64,000 nucleotides of DNA from an uncultured Armatimonadia bacterium (GTDB lineage Bacteria; Armatimonadota; Zipacnadia; CAVVLO01), in assembly GCA_963749155.1 (NCBI GenBank), contig CAVVLO010000003.1, positions 96,001-160,000 of the forward strand. Direction: 5' to 3'. The notes below the pieces were generated by a model. The model worked only from the letters and a program-made list of their open reading frames with translations. It searched no databases and had not been told where the DNA came from. Below are positions 9,995 through 20,008 of this stretch, piece after piece (position 1 is the stretch's first letter; each line of letters begins with the position of its first letter). The position numbers and the translations under genes were made by a program.

Positions 9995-12900
9995 GACTGG
10001 CCCTTCTGGTTGCCATACTGCTGCTACTCGCTGGCTTGGCTTTCGCCGCGCCCAGGGAGTTGCTCTCCAACGGCGACCTGGCGCAGGGGCTGACCGGCTG
10101 GAGCCAGAACCACACCTGGTACGAGAACCCACCAGGCTCTGGCCTTTCCGAGATAACGCTTGAAGAGGGCGCCGGGCCTGAGGGCGAAAACGCCATACGG
10201 ATCACCGGTCACGACAACCGGGGCATCACGATGCAGGTCTTCCCCATCGGCCCGGGTACCTATCTGGCCAGCGGCTGGCTGAAGTGCGAGGGGATGGGCG
10301 ACCAGACGGCTTCGATACTGGCCGAATACATCGACGCCTCTGGAAAATGGCTGCGCGGCGACACTATCGGCTCTGTGAAGGGCGATTCGGACTGGCTACG
10401 CGTGGAGGCAGAACTCACGCCGCCGCTCGAGGCGCGCAGTCTGCATCTGGACTTGCTCACTAGCGGCCCTAACACCGGCAGCGCCTGGTTCGCAAAGCTA
10501 TCCCTGGCCGATGTGACACCGCTTGGAGAACCGCCTTCTCCGCTGGACTGGCAGGTAGACGAAACTTCTGGTGGAGAAGGCACTCTGGCCCTCACCTGGT
10601 CGCCGGAGGCTCTTCCTGCCTCTACCTGGCGGATGGTGGTCTACGTCGAGGAGAAGCCTTTCACCAGCCTGAAAGGCCTTGTGCCCAGGCTCAGAAGCGA
10701 CCTGCTGGTTCCTCCCCTGCAAATTGGCGGGTTGAAACCAGGCAAGTCCTATCATGTAGCGCTAATGCCGATTGACTTTCGCGGCCAGCGCCCTGAAGAA
10801 CTCCGAGTGCAAAAGGTGACAGTTATGGACAGAAGTGGCCCCGCCGCTCCACTTGCCTGGAGCAGTCCAATTATCTCTTCCACTGGCGCAGTCTGGCTGC
10901 ACTGGCAACCGCTGCCCACCGCCGAAGACGCCGCCGAATGGATTATCCGGCGCGTAGATGAAGAGCGACCCAGGCAGCTTGCCAAACTTGCGGCTGACGT
11001 TACCGAATACGCCGCGCTGAATCTCGGCTCGGGCCCGAAGCTTCTTGAGGTCGTCCCTGTAGATGCCGCTGGCAACGAAGGCGCGTCCGCAGTCATAAAG
11101 GTGGACATCCCGGTCGCCGAGGCTGGCGAAGGCTCTGTCTCGGGCCTTGTGCTACAGGATGGCAAGCCGGCAAGGGCTGATGTAGTCGTGTTGGGGCAGC
11201 CTCTCGCGCCGTCCCGGGGTGGCGTTGCCGATGAAAGCGGGCAGTTCAGCTTCAGCACCCAAATCAGAGAACCGCTGCTGCTGGCCGCGCGCAGCAAGGA
11301 CCTCACGGGCCCACCGATGTGGGTCGTCCCGGGTGAGCCAGGTCCCAGCATCACCCTCAACCTGCCTTCCTCGAAGCCGTGGCGTCTGTGGACCTTGCCG
11401 CCGACCGCGCAGGTCTTCCAGGACACTCCCGCACCCATGGCGAGTGACTTCCAGCCTGTGCTTCAAGGCACGCGCGACGGTACTGAAGGCTTCCAGTTCG
11501 CAATCCGCCCGGACGCCGATCTGCACAACGTGCGTTTTGTGGTGCCTGACTTTGCCAACCGGGATACCCAGCAGTTCGTCCCGTTCGACGTCACCTGCAG
11601 CTTCGTGGACTATGTACTGGTAGAGCAGAACAGCAAAGCCACCCCGCCGAACGAGTTGCTGCGCCAGGCCCCTGCAGAGTTTCCTGACAAGCTTTCTGGT
11701 GATGCTTCACGTGACTTGAAGGCCGGCGTTACCCAGCCCGTTTATGTAACGGTGCGTATCCCATCCGGTGCCGATTCCACTCGCTACCGGGGCTGCATCT
11801 GGATGGTAAGCGACGAGGGCTGCCAGCCCGTCGAGTTCGACGTAGATACCTTCCCCGTAGCGCTGGACCCGAACCCGCAACTCAAGTTTGTCTACTGGTA
11901 TAGCTGGAGCGACCTGGCCAAAGAGTTCGACGTCGCGACCGAGAGCCCCGAAGGCTGGCAACTGCTGAGGCATCTCTTCCGCAAGATGAGGGAATACCAC
12001 CAAAACGTCATCGTTGTGCCCAAAGAGCTGGCCGAGGTGTGGATCGAGGACGACGGCAGCGCCATTGCCAACTGGAATCGCTTCGATCGGTACTGCGAGC
12101 TGGCGATTGAAGAGGGCGTCGGAGAGCTGCTCTGCCTGTCGCACTGGGGCGGTCGCACCGACGGCAGGTGGGAATGTCCCACGATGGACTTTGGGCAGTA
12201 TTATGCCACGCGCTCCTCGGATGGCCAGCAGGTGGCTATTACACCCGAGCAGTTCGCGAAGACTATCTACGACCACCTGATAGAGCGCGACTGGCTGGAC
12301 CGGTTCGCTACCCACATCGCCGATGAGCCCATCCCGGTCAACGAGGCCAGCTACAAAGTGATGTCCGAGCGCATCCGGGCCGTCGCGCCGAAGCTCCGCC
12401 AGATGGACGCCATCCACGTGCCTGACCTGGTCGGCTACACCGATATAATGGTGCCGCAGCTCAACTATTTCGAAGAGTGGCTGGACGGCTTTATGGACGC
12501 CCAGGCCAAGGGCCTTGCAGACGCCTGGTTTTACATCGCCTGGGTGCCGCAGGGCGTCTACCCCAACCGGATGATAGACAGCAGCTACATAAAGCCGCGC
12601 GTCCTGCACTGGTACAACTATCTCTACGACACCAAAGGTTATCTGCACTGGGCCCTCAACCAGTGGAGCGTGCCCTTCCTGACCTTCTCGCCGGGCGACA
12701 ACTGGATAGTCTGGCCGAGCAAGACGCGCGTTTTCGACTCCTCTCTGCGTTATGAGGCGCAGAAGTCGAGTCTCGAGGACTGTCAGTTGCTCTTCCAGCT
12801 TGAAGCGGTCCAGCGCCAGATGGCAGAGCAGCTCGGGGTGGAAGACTTCGACGCCAAAGCCCTGCCCAAAGCCATCGCGCATACCATCATCAAAGACTTC

Positions 12901-13203
12901 GCGACCTATGCGCGCGACTGGAGTCAGGTGCAGGAGGCACATCGGTTGTTGCTGGAGAACCTGTGGCTCGCGCAGGTGGGCCCGCCGGTTCTGGTCAGCG
13001 TCCAGCCGACCGAGGAAGGCTTCCTGGTGAAGGTGCAGTCCGAGGCCGACGCAACCCTGACCGTCGCCGGCAGCGACCAGCGTGGCCAGGGCAGCCTCGA
13101 AGTCCTGCTGCCCGCGACGACAACTCTGGTTGAAGCAAGCGCAGCCGTGGACGGCACGACTTCAACCGTGAAGTATCCGGTTATAGGCTTCTCGCCAGAC
13201 TAG
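9985..13203 (+). CDS. Secreted multidomain glycoside hydrolase (CBM4/9-like, Fn3-like and GH123/DUF4091-like domains)
   Basis: Signal peptide; ELLSNGD CBM start; HIADEP, GYLHWALNQW, PGDNWIVWP, SSLRYE. Confidence 0.75.
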   Translation: MDVRLALLVAILLLLAGLAFAAPRELLSNGDLAQGLTGWSQNHTWYENPPGSGLSEITLEEGAGPEGENAIRITGHDNRGITMQVFPIGPGTYLASGWLKCEGMGDQTASILAEYIDASGKWLRGDTIGSVKGDSDWLRVEAELTPPLEARSLHLDLLTSGPNTGSAWFAKLSLADVTPLGEPPSPLDWQVDETSGGEGTLALTWSPEALPASTWRMVVYVEEKPFTSLKGLVPRLRSDLLVPPLQIGGLKPGKSYHVALMPIDFRGQRPEELRVQKVTVMDRSGPAAPLAWSSPIISSTGAVWLHWQPLPTAEDAAEWIIRRVDEERPRQLAKLAADVTEYAALNLGSGPKLLEVVPVDAAGNEGASAVIKVDIPVAEAGEGSVSGLVLQDGKPARADVVVLGQPLAPSRGGVADESGQFSFSTQIREPLLLAARSKDLTGPPMWVVPGEPGPSITLNLPSSKPWRLWTLPPTAQVFQDTPAPMASDFQPVLQGTRDGTEGFQFAIRPDADLHNVRFVVPDFANRDTQQFVPFDVTCSFVDYVLVEQNSKATPPNELLRQAPAEFPDKLSGDASRDLKAGVTQPVYVTVRIPSGADSTRYRGCIWMVSDEGCQPVEFDVDTFPVALDPNPQLKFVYWYSWSDLAKEFDVATESPEGWQLLRHLFRKMREYHQNVIVVPKELAEVWIEDDGSAIANWNRFDRYCELAIEEGVGELLCLSHWGGRTDGRWECPTMDFGQYYATRSSDGQQVAITPEQFAKTIYDHLIERDWLDRFATHIADEPIPVNEASYKVMSERIRAVAPKLRQMDAIHVPDLVGYTDIMVPQLNYFEEWLDGFMDAQAKGLADAWFYIAWVPQGVYPNRMIDSSYIKPRVLHWYNYLYDTKGYLHWALNQWSVPFLTFSPGDNWIVWPSKTRVFDSSLRYEAQKSSLEDCQLLFQLEAVQRQMAEQLGVEDFDAKALPKAIAHTIIKDFATYARDWSQVQEAHRLLLENLWLAQVGPPVLVSVQPTEEGFLVKVQSEADATLTVAGSDQRGQGSLEVLLPATTTLVEASAAVDGTTSTVKYPVIGFSPD

Positions 13204-14360
13204 TCAGGCTCGGGCACAAGCACGATTGAGGTCTGCTCCTGCAGCCAGCCATAGGGGTCGGCGTCCGGCATCTGCCTGAAGTTGGGCACATGCAGCGGGA
13301 CGCCGCCCTTGAGGATTGACTGCTGCGACACCAGGCCCGGCGCGGTCATATCGAGCGACTCGTAGACGTCGAAGGGTGGCTTGCTGCCCTCCAGCACGGC
13401 CTCGAGGAAGCTGCGGATGACCCAGTAGTCGCTTATGCCGTGCCCGGCCATCGCCTCGGGCACTGGCGCCAGGTATTTCTTAGGCAGGAAGTCCTCTTTC
13501 AGCTCGGCAAGAGGTCGCCAAACTGGCGCTGCAGAGTGTTCTTTCAGCCAGATTCGCGGCGCATCGGTCGGCCCTCGCCCACTTTCGTAGCAGCCTTCGG
13601 TCCCCTGCAGGGTGAAGAGATTGCCTGCCGGCGGGCGGTTGGAGATCAGGTCCAGCCTCAGCTTCACCAACTTGCCGGATTCGGTCTTGCCCAGCGTCAG
13701 GTTGGTGTCTTCCTGGATATATTGAGGCACTGTCCAGCGACCCGAGCCAGCGCAAGAGACCCACTCAATCCGCTCGCCAAGCCACTGGAGGCAAGGCCCC
13801 AGGCTATGCGTGCAATAGGTATTGCCGTCCACCCCGGCCGCCCAGTGGGCGCGCCAGGTAGGCGTGCCATCGGCGTTGGTGAAGAGGAAACGCACCTCGT
13901 GCACATACTCGCCCTCGGCGAAATAGGTCTCTCCGAACAGCCCGCGTTTCACGAGTTCGGTCACCAGCAGGTTATCCTCGAAGAAGCAGGTGTTCTCGGA
14001 GAGCATATATTGCTTGCCCGACTCGCGCACCGCCCGGACCAGCTCGACACACTGGGCCAGGTTTACCGCGCCCGTCACCTCGGAGAGCACATTGGCCCCT
14101 GATCGCAGGGCCTTGGCCGCCATATCGGCCTGATAAGGCATAGGCGCGCCGATGCCTACGATGTCGAGGTCGAGCGCAAGCAACTCTTCGTAGCTTGCCG
14201 GCCGATGTTCCACTCCCAGCGCGTCGGCCAGGCGATTCATCGCCTCGGGATTCACGTCATAATGCGCGACCAGTTCGACATCTCCGCCGAAATCCTTGAA
14301 GCCTGCGCCCATCACAGAGCCACGCCCGGCTCCAACGAAGCCCGCCCTTAGCTTCTTCAT
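13200..14360 (-). CDS. Gfo/Idh/MocA family oxidoreductase (GH109-like)
   Basis: GFVGAGRG, VLSEV, AEGEYVHE, YCTHSLGP, GHGISD. Confidence 0.9.
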   Translation of the reverse strand: MKKLRAGFVGAGRGSVMGAGFKDFGGDVELVAHYDVNPEAMNRLADALGVEHRPASYEELLALDLDIVGIGAPMPYQADMAAKALRSGANVLSEVTGAVNLAQCVELVRAVRESGKQYMLSENTCFFEDNLLVTELVKRGLFGETYFAEGEYVHEVRFLFTNADGTPTWRAHWAAGVDGNTYCTHSLGPCLQWLGERIEWVSCAGSGRWTVPQYIQEDTNLTLGKTESGKLVKLRLDLISNRPPAGNLFTLQGTEGCYESGRGPTDAPRIWLKEHSAAPVWRPLAELKEDFLPKKYLAPVPEAMAGHGISDYWVIRSFLEAVLEGSKPPFDVYESLDMTAPGLVSQQSILKGGVPLHVPNFRQMPDADPYGWLQEQTSIVLVPEPD

Positions 14361-14373
14361 TTTTGAGCTCCCC

Positions 14374-15081
14374 CTAGAGCCTGTCTTTGGTCTCCAACAC
14401 TGTCTTGATGACCTTCAGCCGCGCCCAGCGCTTGCAGTTGCCCTCGACCAGAGTCCAGGGCGCCCACGCTGTATGGGTTCTGGCAAACATATCCTCGGCG
14501 GACGCCTGGTAGTCTTTCCATTTGTCCCGGTTGCGCCAGTCATCTTCGGTCAGCTTCCACTGTTTGAAGGGATTGGCCTTGCGCTCTTCGAACCGCTTGA
14601 GCTGCTCGTCCTTGTCTATCTGGATCCAGAACTTGCACAGAATGGTGTAATCGTCAGCCAGAGTCTTCTCAAAGGTGTTTATCTCCTCATAGGCGCGAAG
14701 CCACTCTTCTTTGGTGGCAAACCCTTCGATGCGCTCCACGAGCACTCGGCCATACCAGGACCGGTCGAATATCGCCATACGACCGCGGGCTGGCAGCCTG
14801 TCCCAGAACCGCCAGAGATAGTTGCGAGCCAGTTCGTCGGGCGTCGGCGGACCAATAGGGTGAACGTAAAAGCCGCGCGGGTCCAGGTACCAGGTAAGGC
14901 GTTTTATGGCGCCGCCCTTCCCTCCTGCATCCACTCCCTCGAACACGCAAATGACACTGGCCTTCGACTTGCGCAGTTTACGCTGGTAAGTCATCAGGCC
15001 AAGCGACAGCTCTTCGAGTTGCTGCTCATAGTCTTTCTTCTTCGCGCTTACGCTGAGGTCCAGCTCGTCAAGTCGTCCCAT
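14374..15081 (-). CDS. ppk2: Polyphosphate kinase 2 family protein (single domain)
   Basis: FEGVDAGGKGG Walker A motif, FDRSWYGRVLVER, WKLTEDDWRNR. Confidence 0.92.
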   Translation of the reverse strand: MGRLDELDLSVSAKKKDYEQQLEELSLGLMTYQRKLRKSKASVICVFEGVDAGGKGGAIKRLTWYLDPRGFYVHPIGPPTPDELARNYLWRFWDRLPARGRMAIFDRSWYGRVLVERIEGFATKEEWLRAYEEINTFEKTLADDYTILCKFWIQIDKDEQLKRFEERKANPFKQWKLTEDDWRNRDKWKDYQASAEDMFARTHTAWAPWTLVEGNCKRWARLKVIKTVLETKDRL

Positions 15082-15153
15082 TTCTCCTCCTTGAGTAGCT
15101 CTCCTCCTGCTGTTTTCGGCATATATCGACTTCGCCTTTAGGCAGCCTGTCTC

Positions 15154-16159
15154 CTACTGGGACTGGAGGACTTCCAGCATAGCGATTATATTCTCTACCT
15201 TCGCATCAGCGGGTATGGAATGGGCTGGTGCGGCGATATATCCACCCCCACTGCCGATCTCATCTACAAGTCGCCGCACTTCGGCTTTGGTCTCCTCGGG
15301 GGTGGCATACGGCAGTGTCCGCTGGGTGCTGATCCCGCCGTAGAAAGTTCAGCCGGTCGCCGAACTGGCGTTTTACTTCGTAGACATCCATCACTTCGGG
15401 CTGGAAAGGATTGAAGCAATCCACCCCTGCCTCCAGCAGGTCAGGCAGCAATTCCTGGATACGCCCGCAACTGTGGATGAACACCCACTTGCCACGCGCT
15501 TTGGCCGCCTGATACATCGCGCGCGCCCTGGGCAGGATGAACTCACGCCACAGCTTCGGGCCCATCATCACGCCTTGCTGACAGCCCCAGTCATCTCCGA
15601 ATAGCAGAGCGTCTATATCGAGCTGGCAGGCGCGCTCGATTACTTGCATGTTGTATTCGAGGATGCGCTCCATCAAGCGGTGGACGAAGCGCGGCTCTGC
15701 GACCATCCCGCCCAGCACCTGTTCCATCCCAGCCAGGCCCCAGGACCGCTCGAACAGGCTGAACCCCAGGCTCGCGACGATGAACTGGTCCCCTTTGGCT
15801 GCCACTAGCGCCTCGAAGGCGCGCCAGATGGTCGGATTGGCCGGATCGGGAAACTCGAATTCCTCCACCTTGGCTGGTGTTACCTGGCGATTGGTTATGA
15901 TGCCGATATCTTTGTCAATCGTTCTATCGAAGACCATCCCGAAATGGTCTCGCACAATTGTCGGCGTAAGCCACTGCCAGTCAGGCTTTGGGTGGCAAGT
16001 CTGAACGATGAAACAGTTGCCAAGCTTGCTCTCGAAATCTGCATCCCCAAGATACTTGGCCATTTTTTCAGCGGCAGGTATGGTAAATTGCACGTTGTAG
16101 GGACACTTGTCTGGCTGCCTGTGGTTCAAAGCCGCCGATACTCGTTCTCGGTTGGTCAT
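15154..16159 (-). CDS. Uroporphyrinogen decarboxylase family protein (frameshift near 15345)
   Basis: MTNRERV, FGDDWG, HSCG, NPFQPE; the C-terminus APAHSIPADAKVENIIAM..Q* is in another frame ending at 15154. Confidence 0.85.
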
Positions 16160-16195
16160 CGCGCGGCGCTCTCCCGGTTAAAGACTGCCGCTAGT

Positions 16196-16267
16196 TTCCG
16201 TAGTGGCCCTCGTCTTCCTGCCAGGCCTCTTGCCAGGTGGGGCAGGAGAACTGCCTTCGCTGCCGAA
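16196..16267. promoter_or_regulatory. Back-to-back SigH-like promoters
   Basis: GCAGGA-N17-GAA at 16196..16221 (-) and at 16242..16267 (+). Confidence 0.6.
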
Positions 16268-16302
16268 AACTGGAAAAAGTACTGCTTCAAGGAGGCCTTG
16301 GT

Positions 16303-17253
16303 ATGCAAGATTCGACTCGTAATAAAGTGGTTATCATCGGCGCCGGGACAATTGGCTCGACTTACGCCTATACCCTTATGCTCACCGGTACCGCTTACGA
16401 GCTTGTGTTTATTGATGTGAACCGGGAACTTGCCGAAGGCAATGTGATGGACCTGCAGCATGGCGCCTATTTTGTGCCCCCCGTAAACATACGCGCCGGT
16501 GATTACAGTGACTGTGCCGATGCCGATATCGTGCTCATCGCCGCCGGTAGCAAGCAGCGCCCGGGTCAGACGCGCCTCGAACTTGCCAGTACCAACTCGT
16601 ATCTCGTGCGCGATATCGTGCGCCAGATAACCCGCTATACCAGCGATGCCATACTGCTGGTGGTCACCAATCCCGTCGATGTGATGACCTGGGTCGCGCT
16701 GAAGGAATCTGGTTACCGTAAAGAACGGGTCATCGGTTCGGGCACTTTGCTGGATTCGGCGAGGCTGCGATATTTCCTGAGCGATGAGTGTGGTGTGGAC
16801 GCGCGCAATATCCACGGCCAGGTGATTGGTGAACACGGCGACACCGAGGTCATCGCCTGGAGCCTTACTCACATTGCCGGTGTAGATGTCGATTCCTTCC
16901 GTGACCAGTGCAAACCCGGTACTGGCCAGGAGTCTCATCAAAGCGCTCTGGCCGCCAAAGTCAAAGACAGCGCGTACCATGTCATCGAGTCCAAAGGCTT
17001 CACGAACTATGCTGTGTCACTCGCTTTGCAGCGGATCACCACTTCCATCCTGCGCGATGAGCGCAGCGTGCTGACTGTTTCGACTTACCTTGAGGGCGAG
17101 TATGGCCTCGAAGATGTCTGCCTCAGCGTCCCAGTGCTGGTGGGCAGGCACGGCGCCGAGCGAGTCATCATCGCTGACCTGGCCCAGGAAGAGCTGGAAG
17201 GCCTGCGCGCTTCTGGCGCCAAGCTGAGGAAACTGCTTGAAGGACTGCCCTGA
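16303..17253 (+). CDS. ldh: L-lactate dehydrogenase
   Basis: IIGAGTIG, KQRPGQTRLEL, VTNPVD, GTLLDSAR, GEHGD; AGGAGG RBS. Confidence 0.92.
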   Translation: MQDSTRNKVVIIGAGTIGSTYAYTLMLTGTAYELVFIDVNRELAEGNVMDLQHGAYFVPPVNIRAGDYSDCADADIVLIAAGSKQRPGQTRLELASTNSYLVRDIVRQITRYTSDAILLVVTNPVDVMTWVALKESGYRKERVIGSGTLLDSARLRYFLSDECGVDARNIHGQVIGEHGDTEVIAWSLTHIAGVDVDSFRDQCKPGTGQESHQSALAAKVKDSAYHVIESKGFTNYAVSLALQRITTSILRDERSVLTVSTYLEGEYGLEDVCLSVPVLVGRHGAERVIIADLAQEELEGLRASGAKLRKLLEGLP

Positions 17254-17267
17254 GGGAGGAGTACCTG

Positions 17268-18503
17268 GTGAGAATCCTGTTGGCGCTAGCCGCCTTGATT
17301 GTGCTCGCTAGCTGGGCTTTCGCCCAGCAACCCACTTTTGCGCCTGTGCTAAACATCCGGGACTTCGGTGCGGTCGCCGATGGAGTAGCGGATGACACAG
17401 CGGCTTTCCAGGCGGCCCTTGAGGCAGGCCGTCAGCAGCAACTGCCCGTCTACCTGCCGCGCGGAGATTATCGCCTGACTCAGACCATCCGGGTGGAGCA
17501 ACAATTGCTGCACCGGCGAGTTCGTGGGAGGCTGGCCTGCTGATGGCGCCCCCATCGCCAAGCTGTGGATCGATCACTCGGAAGGGCCAGGTATTCTGCT
17601 AACTGCCGGTGGGTCGCTCAATGGCTTTGGGCTTTTTTACGACTGGACCAAACATGAGGACTTCGCCCCTGCCATCCTGCTCTCCAGCGCCAATGGCACC
17701 TCTATCACCAACCTGCGCCTGCAATATCCCAAAGACGGCATCATAATGGACGAGACAGGCCACGGGCGCAACCAGTTCCGGGACATCTTTATGGTAGACC
17801 CGCGCGGTGTCGGGATGTATGTCCGCAACACTTTCGATGTGCCTTACCTCTCCAATATCGAGGTCTGGTGCAATGGCGGGATGCGTCCTGGCCCGGCCTT
17901 CCAGTTCGGTCGGAACGATGAGATTCAGCTGCAATTCGCTCTTCGCCTTCCAGACCAAAATCGGCTTGCTGTTTGGGCAGGAAGAGACCGAAGACCTGGC
18001 TGGAGGCGTTTCTGCTTCGCGCGGCGCCTACGGCACCTTCGTGGACTGCGCCACCGATGCCTGCGAGTTCGGCATCGTCGTGCGCGATGATTGCTCGCTC
18101 AACTTCGTGGGCGGCGACCTCTGGAACCACTGGGGCGGGCTTGATTGTCGAGCATCCAGACGCTCATATCCGCTGTACTGGCCTCTCCTTCAGCACCAAT
18201 GGTGACTCCTCTATCGTTGTAAAGGAAGGCGGCGAGTTGATATTGAGCGGTTGCCGAATTGGCCGCGCCTTCAGCAATGGCGAAGTAGTATCGAGCCAGT
18301 TTGCCAACCTGAAGTCCCTCGTGATGGCCGGCTGCAGCTTTACGGACCAGGGGCCCTGCGTTGCTTTGGGCGCCGGGCTTGGGCAAGTCAGCCTGCTGGG
18401 CAACACCTTCGCGCCTTCCCAGTTCGATAAACTGCGCAATAACTGCGACCCTGAGACCGAACTTGCCCTCACCGGCAATGTTGGCCTGGAGCCAAAGGAG
18501 TGA
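17268..18503 (+). CDS. Secreted pectate_lyase_3/GH28-related beta-helix protein (about 3 frameshifts)
   Basis: Signal peptide, NIRDFGAVADGVADDTAAFQAAL, VYLPRGDY; continues through overlapping ORFs to 18503. Confidence 0.7.
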
Positions 18504-19045
18504 CCGTGGAAAATATCCGGATGGATTTCCCGCTTGCGACTGCAGATTTGCCCCTTCCGCAGGTGGCAAAGGGCTACGAGCTGGTCACGGTGAACGCAGA
18601 GCGCGTCGAGCTATGGGCACAGGCGCTGAGTCTGGCTTTCCCCGACCACCCTTTTACCGCGGCCAAATTGGAGGAAGAGTTCATTAACAAGCCCCAGTTT
18701 GACCCGAAAGGCGTCTTCCTCATCCTGAAAAAGGACAAGCCTGTCGCGACCGCTTTCGCCTGGCTGGACAACCCCGAAGAACGTACCACTGGCCGCTTGC
18801 ACTGGGTGGGCTGCGATGAGTCGCACCGAGGCAAAGGGCTGGGCCGAGCCGTCGTGGTAGCTGTGCTGAACTACCTCAAAGTGAAAGGCCTGACGCGCGC
18901 CACGCTGGACACCCAGACTTTCCGTCTGCCTGCCATCCAGCTCTATCTCGACCTGGGCTTCGTGCCTTATATGGAAAAGAGCTTCGAGCAGCTCGAGGCC
19001 TGGTCGGGTGTCTTCAAGGCCTTCGCCAACGCTCGTAAACGCTGA
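18500..19045 (+). CDS. GNAT family N-acetyltransferase
   Basis: HRGKGLGRA acetyl-CoA-binding motif, AIQLYLDLGF. Confidence 0.9.
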   Translation: MTVENIRMDFPLATADLPLPQVAKGYELVTVNAERVELWAQALSLAFPDHPFTAAKLEEEFINKPQFDPKGVFLILKKDKPVATAFAWLDNPEERTTGRLHWVGCDESHRGKGLGRAVVVAVLNYLKVKGLTRATLDTQTFRLPAIQLYLDLGFVPYMEKSFEQLEAWSGVFKAFANARKR

Positions 19046-20008
19046 TGCGCGTTATCTCGGCAAGCCGCCGGACCGACATACCGGCCTTCTACGGCGACTG
19101 GCTTGAGAATCGCGTTGCTGCCGGCTGGTGTGCAGTGCCCAATCACATCGAGCCGGAAATATTACTGCGTCTCTTTGCGCCCCGAGGACGTGCTGGCCTT
19201 CGTCTTCTGGACGCGCAACGCTACGCCCTTTCTCCCCAGTTTGCGCAGGTTGCTGGATATGGGTTATCGCGGCTATTTCCAGTATACAATCACCCCTTAC
19301 GGCAAGCCTTTCGAGCTTTCGGGGCCATCAGAGGCCCAGGCTCTCGAAGGCCTTGCGGCGGTTTCGGATTTGCTGGAACCTGAGTTTGTCCAATGGCGCT
19401 ATGACCCGATAATTATCTCCGATGTGACCCCCTGGTATTGGCACCTGGCCCAGTTCGAGCGCCTCGCTGAGGAGCTGATGGGCCGTACTACCACCTGCGT
19501 TATCTCCTTTGCGCAGCTTTACGCAAAAAATCGCAGCGCGCTGGATTCTCTCGGCTGCGCTTATCGCTACGTGCCAGTAGCCGAGGGACTGAGGCCCAAA
19601 CACGGCACTGTGCTACCTGCCGCAGAACGCAGGACGCTGGCTGCCGAGCTTGCGCGCATCGGCGCGCGCTATGGTCTGCGCGTTGCAGCCTGTTGTGACA
19701 GCGCGCTTGTAGATGAGTCCGCTGGGGTTTTTCAGAGCCATTGCCTTGACCGCGACCTGATAAGGCGCCTGCGGCCTGAGGTTGCATATTCTGCTGCCAG
19801 GCTGCGCGAAAAGCCAACTCGCGCGGGTTGTGGCTGTTTCGAGTCGGTGGACATCGGCGCTTACGACACCTGCCCTTTCGGTTGTGTCTACTGTTATGCC
19901 TCAAAAAGTCAGGCCAGCGCGAAAGCCAACCTGGCTCGCCACAATCCAAGGCGCCCAGCGCTGTTTGAGTTCAAGGGCAAGCCCTGTCCAGACGAGGAGC
20001 TGTTATGA
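19045..20008 (+). CDS. DUF1848 domain protein (frameshift near 19150)
   Basis: VISASRRTDIPAFY, WRYDPI, CGCFESVDIGAYDTCPFGCVYCYA. Confidence 0.88.
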